DNA from: Takakia lepidozioides | Lineage: Eukaryota > Plantae > Bryophyta | Assembly: GCA_030704615.1 (NCBI GenBank) | Contig: CM060731.1 | Coordinates: 14,446,001-14,510,000 of the forward strand | DNA: 64,000 nt | Direction of reading: 5' to 3' | Part shown: positions 1 through 10,689 of the stretch, one piece after another | Layout of the letters: each line of letters starts with the position of its first letter | How positions within the stretch are numbered: position 1 is the first letter of the stretch | The notes under the pieces: model-generated | The model's input: the letters and a program-made list of their open reading frames with translations, nothing else | Databases searched by the model: none | What the model was told of the DNA's origin: nothing | Translations under genes and position numbers: made by a program

Positions 1-40
1 TATGCCACTAGGCATTCTTAGAGGTGAGGGTGTTTGGCAG

Positions 41-128
41 GTTGCAAACTATTTAGATCGGGCTGTAAGCGGACTGGGAAGACAGCCTTTGAAAGTCCTG
101 TTGCAAGTGAACACTAGTGGAGAGGATT
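41..128 (+). CDS. PLPBP: Internal exon of a PLP homeostasis protein (PLPBP/YggS/PROSC family); later exons not found in the window
   Basis: Acceptor ttggcag| at 40 and donor |gtaagt at 129. Translation VANYLDRAVSGLGRQPLKVLLQVNTSGED matches the family motif (LKVLVQVNTSGE). I could not find the expected next exon (SKSG...GLMTIG). Confidence 0.8.
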
Positions 129-1542
129 GTAAGTTTCACAGGCCCTCTTGTTCTTTCTTTGCCTGCTTGTTCCTAAGAATTTGTTGTCATCTTTAAGCAA
201 TTAGAGAGAGAAAGAGAAACATATACATGCCTTTGAAGATATATCAAATTTTGAGGATATGATTGTGAGAACTCATAGATATCTTCTAAACACTGGCCTC
301 CATGCATGTTAGGAAGAGAATACAGCCTACAAGTATTCCAAGATGGATAACAGGTGCCTACGACCACCTTCTTCAGAATACGATGAAGGAGATGGGCATG
401 ATACCTTCACTCCTCCACAAAGGGTGGTGTTGCCTTGCCAAGGACAGTCTTCAAGAATGCAATCAAATCTCTCCGCCAGTGCATCTCCAAGTCATCAAGG
501 TTCAAGGTATAGTGCAGAGACCGAGACATTTACACCTCCTCCAAGGGTGGCAGTGTTTCCATCCCCACTTCAGGGACGTGAGCAAGGATTTGCATTTCCT
601 CCCCAATTTGGGGGAGCTTCGAGAGGCAGACCAGCCGCAAGTGCTACACGTACTCGCCATTCACAAATCTTCAACCGGACTGTGTATCAATTACCAAGAG
701 GAACCATTTGGGTGCGCAAACAAGGTGGTACAGTACCCACAGTGGCTACTTGGCCATCTGATATTCCAGCAGTGGCCATGAGTTTATCATTAGAGACTCG
801 GTGGGCTGGTTGTGTGTACCCATCACCTTTCACACCCACCTCTGTGGAGTTCGCAATTGCAAATGCATTTGCGCAAGTCCCACGATATGCTCATACCACA
901 AGGCCAACCTACTCGGGAATATTCTACAAGAGATCAAAGAGGCTAGAGGGGGCAGGTTCACAACGGAGTTATTCACTCTTACCATTTGTGGCAAATCCTG
1001 GAAGCTTGTTTGGAATGGTTACATCCAACACGTATTTGGTGTATTGCCCAGAGCCTAGCATCCTACCAAAGGCTGCTGTTACTTCTTACATTGCAATGTT
1101 GCAAGGAGACATGCCTAATGATGAAGATGACAGTACACTGCCTTCACCATATGAAGACCAATTTCCTCCCTCATCATTTGTTGCATCATCATCAAGGGGA
1201 CCAACATCAATCCCATACCGCGCTGGACCTTCTACAGGTACACTATTCTTGATGCATTTTCATGAAATTGAACTTCCAAGTAGAGACCTCTCTGAATTAA
1301 TTCTGCAGGTACAGAAGTTTAAGCTCCATTAAGAAGGAATCTGTCTCTACCAATCTGGTCGTGAAGTGGTCTCTATATACCCCAATAATTTAGTGAACTG
1401 CAGCCTTGTGCCAAAAGTGATGGCACTTAGTGATACCCCATCCGTGGCAGGGAAGAAGCTTAGGGAGTATATGGTTGGGCAGAACAGAAATATTATGTGA
1501 CCATTTTAAAACTCACCAATCTCTGACAAAACAGAAGGTGGA

Positions 1543-1910
1543 TGTCACGGACATAGCCCAGAGGAACTTACCAGGAGTAAATACCAGAAGTTACAAAGTT
1601 ACCAAGTTACCGAAAGTTACCATGATCTACCATGATTTACCATTACTTACCAAGTTATCGAGAGTTTACCAAATTACCAAGAGTAACTTGGGAAACTGCT
1701 CAGGAAGCTTCATTTGGAGGAAATTTCTCCATCAAGATATCTCTTTTGTTTAAGGAAGCTTCTCCATCAAGAAACCTTTGTTTAATCTTGAAAACTTCTC
1801 CAGCAAGAAACCTCCATAGGGGAAGCTTCTTAGGGAAGCTTCTTAGTAGCCAGTATATATAGGAGACAAGACTGGATACTCTTCAGTCTCGCCAGCACCA
1901 GTTCAAGCTA
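1543..1910 (+). repeat. 5' LTR, truncated by a CACTA insertion
   Basis: Aligns to 5634-6009 with about 19 substitutions in ~355 bp (by-eye count) plus two short indels. TATA-like cagtatatatagg at ~1851-1863. Similarity stops at CACTACAA (1911). Confidence 0.9.
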
Positions 1911-3390
1911 CACTACAATACACCCTACGTAATTTCGACGATTTAGTTTGACGCTGGCGTTGACTATTGTCACTTTCGACTGTTCCAACCATTTTGCAGT
2001 CAAAATTTATATTAAAATATTCGAGGTGCTAAACAACCGCGAAAATTTTGACTGTAATGAGCGATTTTGACTACCTAAAATGAGCTGACTGAGACAACCA
2101 GTTAAGCAATGGCATGTGTAATCACAATATATAAACTATATATAGTAATATATACGTGGATAATAAGAAATAAAAACATTTAACTATTTTTTCACTGACC
2201 CAGCACATTAATAGTAAACTAATCGTGTGCTGGTTAAGGTTAGTGAAACAAAACAACTGAATTATCTGAACGAATGATAAACAATCACCTTGCTGGCAGC
2301 TATTGGATGAACGTATGAAAGGTTAGTGAAACAAAACAACTGAATTATCTGAACGAATGATAAACAAACGCATTGCTGGCAGCTGTTGGATGAACGTATG
2401 AAATATAATTTGTGTGTACTGGATGAACGTATGAATGAACGATAAAGCAAACGCTGGCAACTATTGGATGAACGGAAAATTAAATGGATGGATGGATAGA
2501 TTGATAGAAAACCCAAAATCCATCCATCTACGATACATTCATCCAAATAATTCATTTGGATTTAGGGTTGCGGGATTGCGTTCAGCGATGAGTAAATTAT
2601 GGGACTTGATCGTTTTGTTGTTTTTGCGTGGTAGGATCTGCTGGATATGCAATAGCTTGGGTGGACAACCGCAATCACAAGGTGTGGCTTTTCTTAATGT
2701 ACGATGTGAAGATGTTTGTCCATCCTGCAAATGTGGGCTCTTAGTACCATGATTTGGTATTCTTCCTGATATTTACGACGTTCTTGGGAGAGTCGGCTTG
2801 GTCTTAGCAGGCCGTGTTTCAATCTCCGCCCGCTCAGCTGCATCGTGGTGGTTCTCGCAGACCAATCCTCTCGCAGACCAATCCGACATTACCTGACTAT
2901 AGACACAAGCAGCACACACAAGAGGTGCTCAGTCAAATCCTCGATGGGTCATGACACAAGGTCGAGGACAATGTGGTGAGAGCACCTTCTTCGACGTTTT
3001 TCAACCTGTTTTGCCCGCTCATCAGACTCGGCCCTGAATTTGCAGCACGGAGCAGAGTAGACATGAATTTTGTAAAGATCCTTCACGATGGTGCGACAAC
3101 CGCAATCGCAAGGTGTGGTTTTTTCTTAATGTACGATGTGAAGAAGTTTGTCCATCATGTAAATGTGGGCTGTTGGCTCCTGTTAGTACCATGATTTGGT
3201 ATTCTTCCTGATGTTTACAAGGTTCTTGGGAGAGAGCTTGGTCTTAGCAGACCGTGTTTCAATATCTGCTCAGCTGCACCGTGGTTGTTCTTACAAACCA
3301 ATCCGACAGTTCCTGACGATGGACACAAGCAGCACACACAAGAGGATATTTGGGTTGATGGTCTGTCAAATCCTAAAGGCTGAAGTAGAC
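1911..3390. mobile_element. Truncated CACTA DNA transposon end nested in the 5' LTR
   Basis: CACTACAATA begins exactly where LTR homology ends. It is followed by short TTGAC/GTCAA subterminal-type motifs, ~50-bp direct repeats (2236-2285/2319-2370) and a ~260-bp direct repeat (~2661-2925/~3091-3345). No matching opposite end before pol resumes at ~3391. Confidence 0.65.
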
Positions 3391-5020
3391 ATTCACAACG
3401 GCTCCAATACTGGTACATGCAGACCCATCTAAACCATTTTTTTTGGAAGCAGATGCATTGGACTTTGCACTTGGCGTGATACTCTCTCAATACGGTACAG
3501 ATGGCCGACTTCACCCTGTTGGTTTTCGTTCTCGCAAATTTTCCGCTGCGGAGATCAATTATGAAATCCATGACAAAGAACTTCTAGCGATTATTGATGT
3601 TTTTGAGGAGTGACGTCATTTATTGGAGGAAGCTAAACATCAGGTTACAGTCTATACCGATCACAAAAATCTCGAGTATTTTATGAGTGCTCGTGTTTTG
3701 AATCGACGTCAAGCGAGATGGAGTATGTCACTAGCAATGTTTGATTTTGTTATTACCTACAGTCCCAGACATCTTCAAGGAAAACCAGATGCTCTTTTTC
3801 GACGATCGTATCTTGCGCCAAAAGAAGGGGATGCAGCTTTTGACCAACATAAATCCATCATCTTGAAACCAACAAATCTCCAAGTGAATATGTTATCCAT
3901 GTCTACCTGTGACGATGTAGAGATCATAAAGAAGATCCAGGAAGCACTGAAGAGCGACCAATTTGCCACGACACTACGAAGTCAACTAAATCGACCTCGA
4001 GTCAACCCACATGTTACAAACGACTTCAAATACAAAGATGACACATTTCATTCCATGTAATAAGACGGTTACCGGCGAGGAAACTGCAAGACTCTTCCTC
4101 AATAATATCTACCGCATTCATGGACTCCCGAATGACATCGTATCTGATCGAGGACCACGGTTCATATCAAATTTCTGGAGGGGATTATTTCACATATTGG
4201 ATATTAAGATCAACCTCTCTACAACTAATCATCCACAGACTGATGGTCAAACCGAACGTGTAAACCAAATTTTGGAGCAGTATCTTCGCTGTACGATAAA
4301 TTATCACCAAGATAATTGGACGGACCTTTTGTCATTGGCTGAGTTTGCCTACAACAACACTATACATTCTTCGACCAAACAAACTTCATTTTTCTCCAAT
4401 TATGGTCATCATCCTCGAGCAAACCCTTTCCAAATGAAGACTGTTGGAATCCCTACTGTAGAAAACCTTGTTATTCATCTTGCTATGATTCACAAGGAGC
4501 TTACATTCTACCTCGTAGAAGCTCAAAAACAATACAAGGAGTATGCAGATCAACGTCGCCAACTCCAACCCCAGTTCAAGGTCGGAGATCGTGTGTGGCT
4601 TCTTCGACGGGACATACAAACCTCGCGACCATCAAGGAAGTTGGATTATCAACGCCTGAGACCATTCAAAATTATTCGACAAATAAATCCGGTCAGTTTT
4701 CGGCTTGAACTCCAACGAAGTATGTACATCCATCCAGTCTTTCATGTTTCATTATTGGAGTTGTATCATCCATGGAATATTCCAGGGAGAGTCTCTGTAC
4801 CACCTCCACCAATCGAAGTCAATCAGGAAATTGAGTATGAAGTCGACGAAGTCCTAGACTCTCGCATCAAGTATAAACGTCTTGAGTATTTCGTACATTG
4901 GAAAGGTTACGACATCAGCGAATAAACGTGGGAACCTTCATCCAACCTCGCCAATGCATTTGACAAAGTCCAAGAGTTTCATCAATGATATCCAGCTAAG
5001 CCCCGAGCTACACGTCAATA
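3391..5020 (+). pseudogene. Degenerate pol: RNase H, integrase (N-terminal part deleted) and chromodomain
   Basis: [55 protein letters not shown]; HGLPNDIVSDRGPRF..HPQTDGQTERVNQILEQYLR; HPVFHVSLL; EYEVDEVLDSR..LEYFVHWKGY..TWEP. Stops at ~3611, 4923 and ~4986. Confidence 0.93.
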
Positions 5021-5176
5021 AGACGTCACAACGATGATGTCAGCCAAGTTAGCTTCAAGGTGAAGACTCCACATTCAATGTACTTGATATACACTAAGGA
5101 AGGAGGAACACCACACATCAGTATATATAGCTACACTTCCAGCACTTCTAGCACTCTTGCATCTTGTATTGGCAGT

Positions 5177-5578
5177 ATGGAGTCACAGGAACTAGATACT
5201 TTGGAGTTGTCGCTTACCCAACTACCAGATCAGCCGTTCCGACTCTCACGACCTTCAACATCACGTCGACGCTCTCGAGACGATGGGCCACCAATGCGAC
5301 GCGTACTTCCTCGTCTGGACCCTGTACGACGGCAAGTGGAACCTACTCGAAGTCTGATAATTCTGTTGGAGGTTGAGGCTTCGGACCTAGAGGGCAACGA
5401 AATCATGTTTGAAGACAACTTCGAAAATCAGAATGCTCAAATCACTGTGTGGTCCCAAGTTCAAGGTGTTGGACATTATCGATGGTTGCAGGGACCTATA
5501 AATCATTTGAGTCAAGAACGAAGAGCCGAATACTTGGCAAGTACCATTCGTCGGATTTTGGATTTTCTCCAACCCTAA
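5177..5578 (+). CDS. Extra ORF (133 aa, unknown function) between pol and the PPT of the chromovirus
   Basis: Open ATG-to-TAA frame (MESQELDTLE...RRILDFLQP) with a TATA-like cagtatatatagc at ~5119-5131 that resembles the LTR TATA. No recognisable domain. Confidence 0.55.
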   Translation: MESQELDTLELSLTQLPDQPFRLSRPSTSRRRSRDDGPPMRRVLPRLDPVRRQVEPTRSLIILLEVEASDLEGNEIMFEDNFENQNAQITVWSQVQGVGHYRWLQGPINHLSQERRAEYLASTIRRILDFLQP

Positions 5579-5633
5579 GCAAGTCCAAGATTTTACTGCT
5601 TCTCGAGGAACTCGGCGCTAGAGAAGGGGGTGA

Positions 5634-6251
5634 TGTCACGGACATAGCCCAGATGAACTTACCAGGAGTAAATACCAGAAGTTATCAAGTTACCAAGTTA
5701 CCGAAAGTTACCATGACTTACCGTAATTTATCATGATCTACCATGATTTACCATTACTTACTAAGTTACCGAGAGTATACCAAATTATCAAGAGTAACTT
5801 GGGAAACTGCTCAGGAAGCTTCTTTTGAAAGAAACTTCTCCATCAAGATATCTCTTTTGTTTAAGGAAGCTTCTCTATCAAGAAACCTTTGTTTAATCTT
5901 GGAAACTTCTCCAGCAAGAAACCTCCATAGGGGAAGCTTCTTAGTAGCCAGTATATATAGGAGGCGAGACTGGACAATCTTCAGTCTCGCCAACACCAGT
6001 TCCAGCTACTCTTGTTTCCAGTTTCCAGTACTCCAGTCCAGTATCCTAGCCCAGTTTCCAGTATCTGGTACTCGAGACCGGTTTCCAGCATTCCAGTATT
6101 CAAGTCGTGTTCCAATATATTGTACCATTGTTCATTGTTATAAAGATCGTTTTGATTCATATTTACTCATCGTGCATACGGCCACGCTGACCTTGACTTG
6201 CCTAATAGTCTGATATCTTGTTTGTGTTCAGTCATGTTCTCGTCCTTGACA
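5634..6251 (+). repeat. 3' LTR (complete, ~618 bp)
   Basis: TG...CA ends, preceded by the PPT and followed by the TSD; contains internal ttacc/aagttacc short repeats. Confidence 0.9.
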
Positions 6252-8252
6252 GTAGACCTCCCGCAATGCTAGGAGGCATCGATGATGTCTACATGTATCC
6301 AGATGATCGATTCTTGCGTGTTCCAGCATCTTCCAATCAAAGAGCTCGATTGTCTTTGTCACTTCCCTCCTCTGATGAAAGACCTTCTCAAACTTCGCGC
6401 ATGGATACCTCCTCCTATCCAGGTTCTCACATCACATACACATCTATTATATATTAGTATCTGTTTTAGAAATCCAAATCCAAATGCAATTGATCAAATA
6501 TGGAAGCGAGAAATTGCTGCTGATTCCTGATTTATGAATCGGAATGACTGGCCCGATCCAATATGGGGAGAACTTAGCAAAGCACCTGATGTAACTACAA
6601 TAGAAACATGAGAAGCCCTTGAGGGCTGTATCTGTAAAAGACGAGGGGCTGCCATGGTGAATATAGTTAGTGTACTGGCATGACCTATATGTACAAGGTG
6701 CTACTTGCCAAAAGACAACATGTGCTAAATTCCTCAAAACTTTGTACAGGTCCCCCGTCATTCCCCTATGTACAACTGAATCTCAATGCTTCCACAAGCG
6801 ACCAGTCACCCACATGACCAACATCTCTCTCTCCCTCTGAAAATCCTAATGATGGTTTTGATCACTTGGAGGATGTGGTCCAAGATGGACCTATGAACCA
6901 GCCTCTCATCATCAGTGACTCCAATGATGACTTCAAGATAGAATCCTTGTCAGAGTTGTGGATCTGTTCGTGCAAAGCTTACTTTGACGCCTTGGAGGAA
7001 CGTCACATCAAGGTTGGTTGGTTGCAAAGTGACAACAATGTTTCTGAAGAAAGAAGATCTAAAACATTTTGGATGGAGTCATTCGAAGATAAGGTTAGGG
7101 GAGATTCGTCTCTGGAGGAGGGGCTAAGACAAATTGGTCTGGAGCTATGCAATCGCAAAGACACGAGAGGGGTGGGATGTACCGAGCTTGAATCGGCAAA
7201 GGTGATCAGAGATGAGACCTTAGCCATGTTTGCACCAAACGACATTCGAAGGGAATTCAAATTTGTTGCTCTACCATATTGGAAAAAATGGGATGAGTTT
7301 GAGGCATGTGTTGCCCAAACTGAAGAGTGCGATGCCTTACAAGCAGCAAAGGCTCTTGTAGAAGCTTATGGCAAGGGCCTAGAAAGAGGACCATCATCAG
7401 ATCTTGAAGATGTGGACAAAATCTTGGAGATGCCCACATTCAACTCTTTTACAAGATCCCAATTGGACATTATGTGCCATCAAGCACATCAGCTCACCGA
7501 AGAAGACGAGTCAATCTTATTGGAAGCCCGTACACAGCCCGTACACAAGTGGATGAGGCACTCTTCGCCTATCAACACTTCTATGTAGAGAGGAAAGTGT
7601 TCAAGACCTACAACGACCACCTAAGCTCCTCCATGATCCAGGAGACTCGAATTAAGGTATAACAGAAAAAACCGCCACCCTGTTACCAGAATTGTGAAAG
7701 CCCAACATTGTTATTTACTATAAGAAAAGATTTACTATCACAAAGATTTGTTGTCATGGAGATTAAAATTACACATGCATATGACTACAAGCATATGCAT
7801 ATGATTTAACAAACTCTCATAAAAAAACATTGGAATTCTGTAGGTGCACCAAGGAAAAGATTTGCAGGCTTTTACAGAACAATGGTGCAAAATCTTGTTA
7901 TCCAAAGAAGCTTGGTACAAACCTAAGGTGGATTTCATACACGCAAGCGGGATCGCAGAAACAAACACATATGACGCTGACGGGTTGCGAGATGCGTGGC
8001 TTACCAATACATGGAAACAATTCTGGTCAATCCACTACGTGAGATTCCCTTTCACCTATAATATATGCCCAGCAGAGCAAAAATAAGTATCCAATTTTAG
8101 TTGACATAATTTGGGATAAGTTGGACTAACTTTGTGTTATTCTTGGCCCCAGAATTACAACCAGATATTTGAATATGTGGACAATATGCAAGGACAACTT
8201 TTACATGTCAAGCTCGATACCGAGGTCGTGCGTCCTGATATGCAACTAGACA

Positions 8253-8566
8253 CTGTAAATCCTCTATCCCTGCTCAAATCCAACACTCTAATTAACCACT
8301 CTCACATGTTGGCCAGACTTCTCGGGGCCACCTTGTATTGGTGGAGAGAGAGGGAGAGGAAAGGTTTGAGAGAGAGAGAAAGAGAGGTGGAATTAGTAGG
8401 CACTCCCCAATCTAGAGGGGGCAAGCATCTCTGGCCACAGGCGTCTCTGGGTGTGCCTCACACTTCGCCCACATCTTCCTCTTCAAAAACTGGTCTGTTT
8501 TTCAGTAAACACAATTAGTAGATTTCCTTCAATTGATTTCCACTGACTAATAGTCGAAAATTCTTA
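8253..8566. mobile_element. ~310-bp insertion in the HECT N-lobe coding region (possible degenerate solo LTR)
   Basis: HECT-like coding stops after MQLD and resumes at RMLGHLIF. The insert starts with TGT and contains a GA-rich tract. Flanks gacac/aacgc are at best a degenerate TSD. Confidence 0.35.
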
Positions 8567-9789
8567 AACGCGGGCCCGCATGCTCGGACATCTAATCTTC
8601 AAGCTGGCCTCTTATATGATTAAGGTCCCACACTTCTTTTCGTATGCAACCCTACTCATAATGTTGAACCAGATGCCAACGTCTCAAAACCTGGAGAAAG
8701 AGGTTGACCAAAAACTACGCACAGATTTAGAGAGAGATTTTAGGCTCGGATGGCCAAGCAAGTGGGCACTTCTTACGCGATTGACCAGATCTATTGAAGA
8801 TGCTACAGACCCGGTCAAGGAGCTGTCTACAGAGCAGATTGATGAAGGTCTTGGGTGGACATTCCGAAATTTTGAAGTGAAGGAGGAGAGTTGGGAGAGG
8901 GATGTGAAATCCAAAGTTGGAGCAATAATATACATCCACCTATTTGAGGGTCGAAGGGAAATAGGCCTTGCCATGCATGAAGGGTTTGTTCTGGGTATCG
9001 AGCATGCAAATGCATCTCCCCAAAAAAATCAGAAATGCGAGCTTGCTTGGATCTACTCACTCCAGAGACGCTAAGGGTGTTGTTCAACGGGACCTGTGTT
9101 ATTGAGGCGGCAGATTTCCTACGACACTGCGACTTCCACCACTCCATTGACCCCGTGCAATGCCATTGGTTCACGAGGTGTGTGAACAGGATGACCTATG
9201 CAGAAAGAACTCGTCTTGCCGTGTTTACGACAGGTCTGGAGTATTTTGGAGCGCGACGCATGAGCATCATGCTCCTAGACCGAAAAGATAACCCTTGCAT
9301 TCAGTCCTCTACCTGTGTGCAGACCCTTTATCTACCACCCTACAAAGACGAGCAAATGATGTTTCGAAGGATACAATACTCAATAATGGACACAAGTTAT
9401 GGGAGACCATGACAATATATGTGTACCTAGCTAGGAGACTGCGTGGAAGGACCTTGCATGTTGTAGACATGTCGGCATAGACATTGAGGAGTGGAATCTG
9501 CAAGTAACCAACAAATCCTTTTAGCAGAAAATTGAAGGTGAGGTGCAAACCAATTCAGAAGTATATCTAGGGACATCATCAGTGAGATTGACATCCTGAA
9601 AGAGACCATCAATTGACTGTGTGAACAAAATAGTGAACAATTGAACAGACTGTGTGAACAATTGACTGTTTACAATTTGTCAGAAACTGTGTGAACAAAA
9701 CAATTCATGCCTCTATGCCACTGAGCAATATAGATATAATGGAAGTCACATGTGTTGGGACACACAACTATTCTTGTGGGAGATGGGCC

Positions 9790-10351
9790 CAAAGTTGGGT
9801 ACAAACCAAAGCCCTTGGAAGAGCTGGGAGTGAGGCCATGTGGTTGCCCCTTAGCAACAGATGGGTGCAGGGTCTGCTCTTTGGTGAAGGACTCAGCCCC
9901 TGCCTGTGATGTTAGACCCACAGCACGCCCAACCCCTAATGCCATAGCAGCCTCAACACTTGTAGCCCTATTCGGTAAATTCTCATTCCATGTAGTGGCT
10001 GGTAGAGGCAGCCGCTGACCTCGGCCTACTCCCTGGCCAACATCAAGCGAATCCTTCAAGAGCTGCAATATTTGAACTTGGCAGCTCTCCAAAAAAATCC
10101 GAGCAATAGTTCCTTTCCAATGAATCATCGAGGGGATATTGTAACCAGGACACCTCTTGGATATTGTTGTTAGAGGGTGTTGGGGCTCTAGCAGCTGTCT
10201 CATTCACTACTGCTTCTAGCATGGAATCCTTGACAGGGGTGGGTGGCTTTGGCGGAACCAACACTTCTTCAGTTTCTTGCCCATTGGTCCAATGAGGGGA
10301 GTAGGTCAGCTGCCACTGTGATTTACTCCCTTTGCTGCTTTGGCCCTGCAT
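9790..10351 (-). pseudogene. Fragment of a phytochrome-interacting factor (PIF)-like gene, N-terminal region only, frameshifted
   Basis: MQGQSSK, EVSWLQYPLDDSLERNYCSDFFGELPSSN and, after a frameshift near 10070, QLLKDSL..RATSVEAAMALGVGRAVGL resemble N-terminal blocks I recall from bryophyte PIFs. No ELxxxxGQ core and no bHLH domain. Confidence 0.65.
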
Positions 10352-10467
10352 GTAAGGAAGGGACGCCAAACCCACATTGGCTGGTTTGGAGCATGCTGAC
10401 ATGCACTCCTTAAGCACCCCAACTTGAATGGATTCTAGAGACTTAGCCTGGTTGGAGTTATCAACCC

Positions 10468-10469
10468 AT

Positions 10470-10500
<31 letters not shown>
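10468..10500. repeat. Compound (TG)n(AG)n microsatellite
   Basis: tatgtgtgtgtgtgtgagagagagagagagag seen directly. Confidence 0.9.
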
Positions 10501-10502
<2 letters not shown>

Positions 10503-10689
10503 AGGGGAAGGTAGCAACGGTAGGCATGACTCCCAAGTTTCTAGAAAAATTTGGTCTAAAGGCATAAATGATGACAGTAACAGAGCATTCACGACCTGGT
10601 TGGAAGGCACAACCAAAGCAAGTGTAAGTCAGGGGCGGTGGCTTCAACCATCTGTAGTTTAAACAGAGAAGAAGGTACAGAAACTCATA

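Larger units (their letters stand above)
1543..6251 (+). mobile_element. Ty3/gypsy chromovirus LTR retrotransposon (Tcn1-like), internally deleted
   Basis: Both LTRs start TGTCACGGACATAGCC (1543 and 5634) and the 3' LTR ends ...TTGACA at 6251. TSD GTGGA (1538-1542) vs GTAGA (6252-6256), one mismatch. PPT agagaagggggtga precedes 5634. RNaseH, integrase and chromodomain remnants are present; gag/PR/RT are missing. Confidence 0.92.
343..9412 (+). pseudogene. Multi-exon pseudogene of a highly divergent HECT-type E3 ubiquitin ligase with a long low-complexity N-terminus
   Basis: Exons ~343-1237, 1309-1466, 1535-1542+6257-6422 (split by the LTR element), 6470-6655, 6750-7657, 7844-8038, 8153-8250, 8567-9412. 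HECT landmarks in order: KPKVDF..YDADGLRDAW, MLGHLIFKL..PHFFSYATLLIML..LEKEVDQKL, AMHEGF, LDLLTPETLRVLFNG, WFTRCVNRMTYAERTRLAVFTTG, SSTCVQTLYLPPY (catalytic Cys). Many stops are one C>T change from CAA/CGA/CAG. Frameshifts near 7535 and 9025. Confidence 0.75.
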
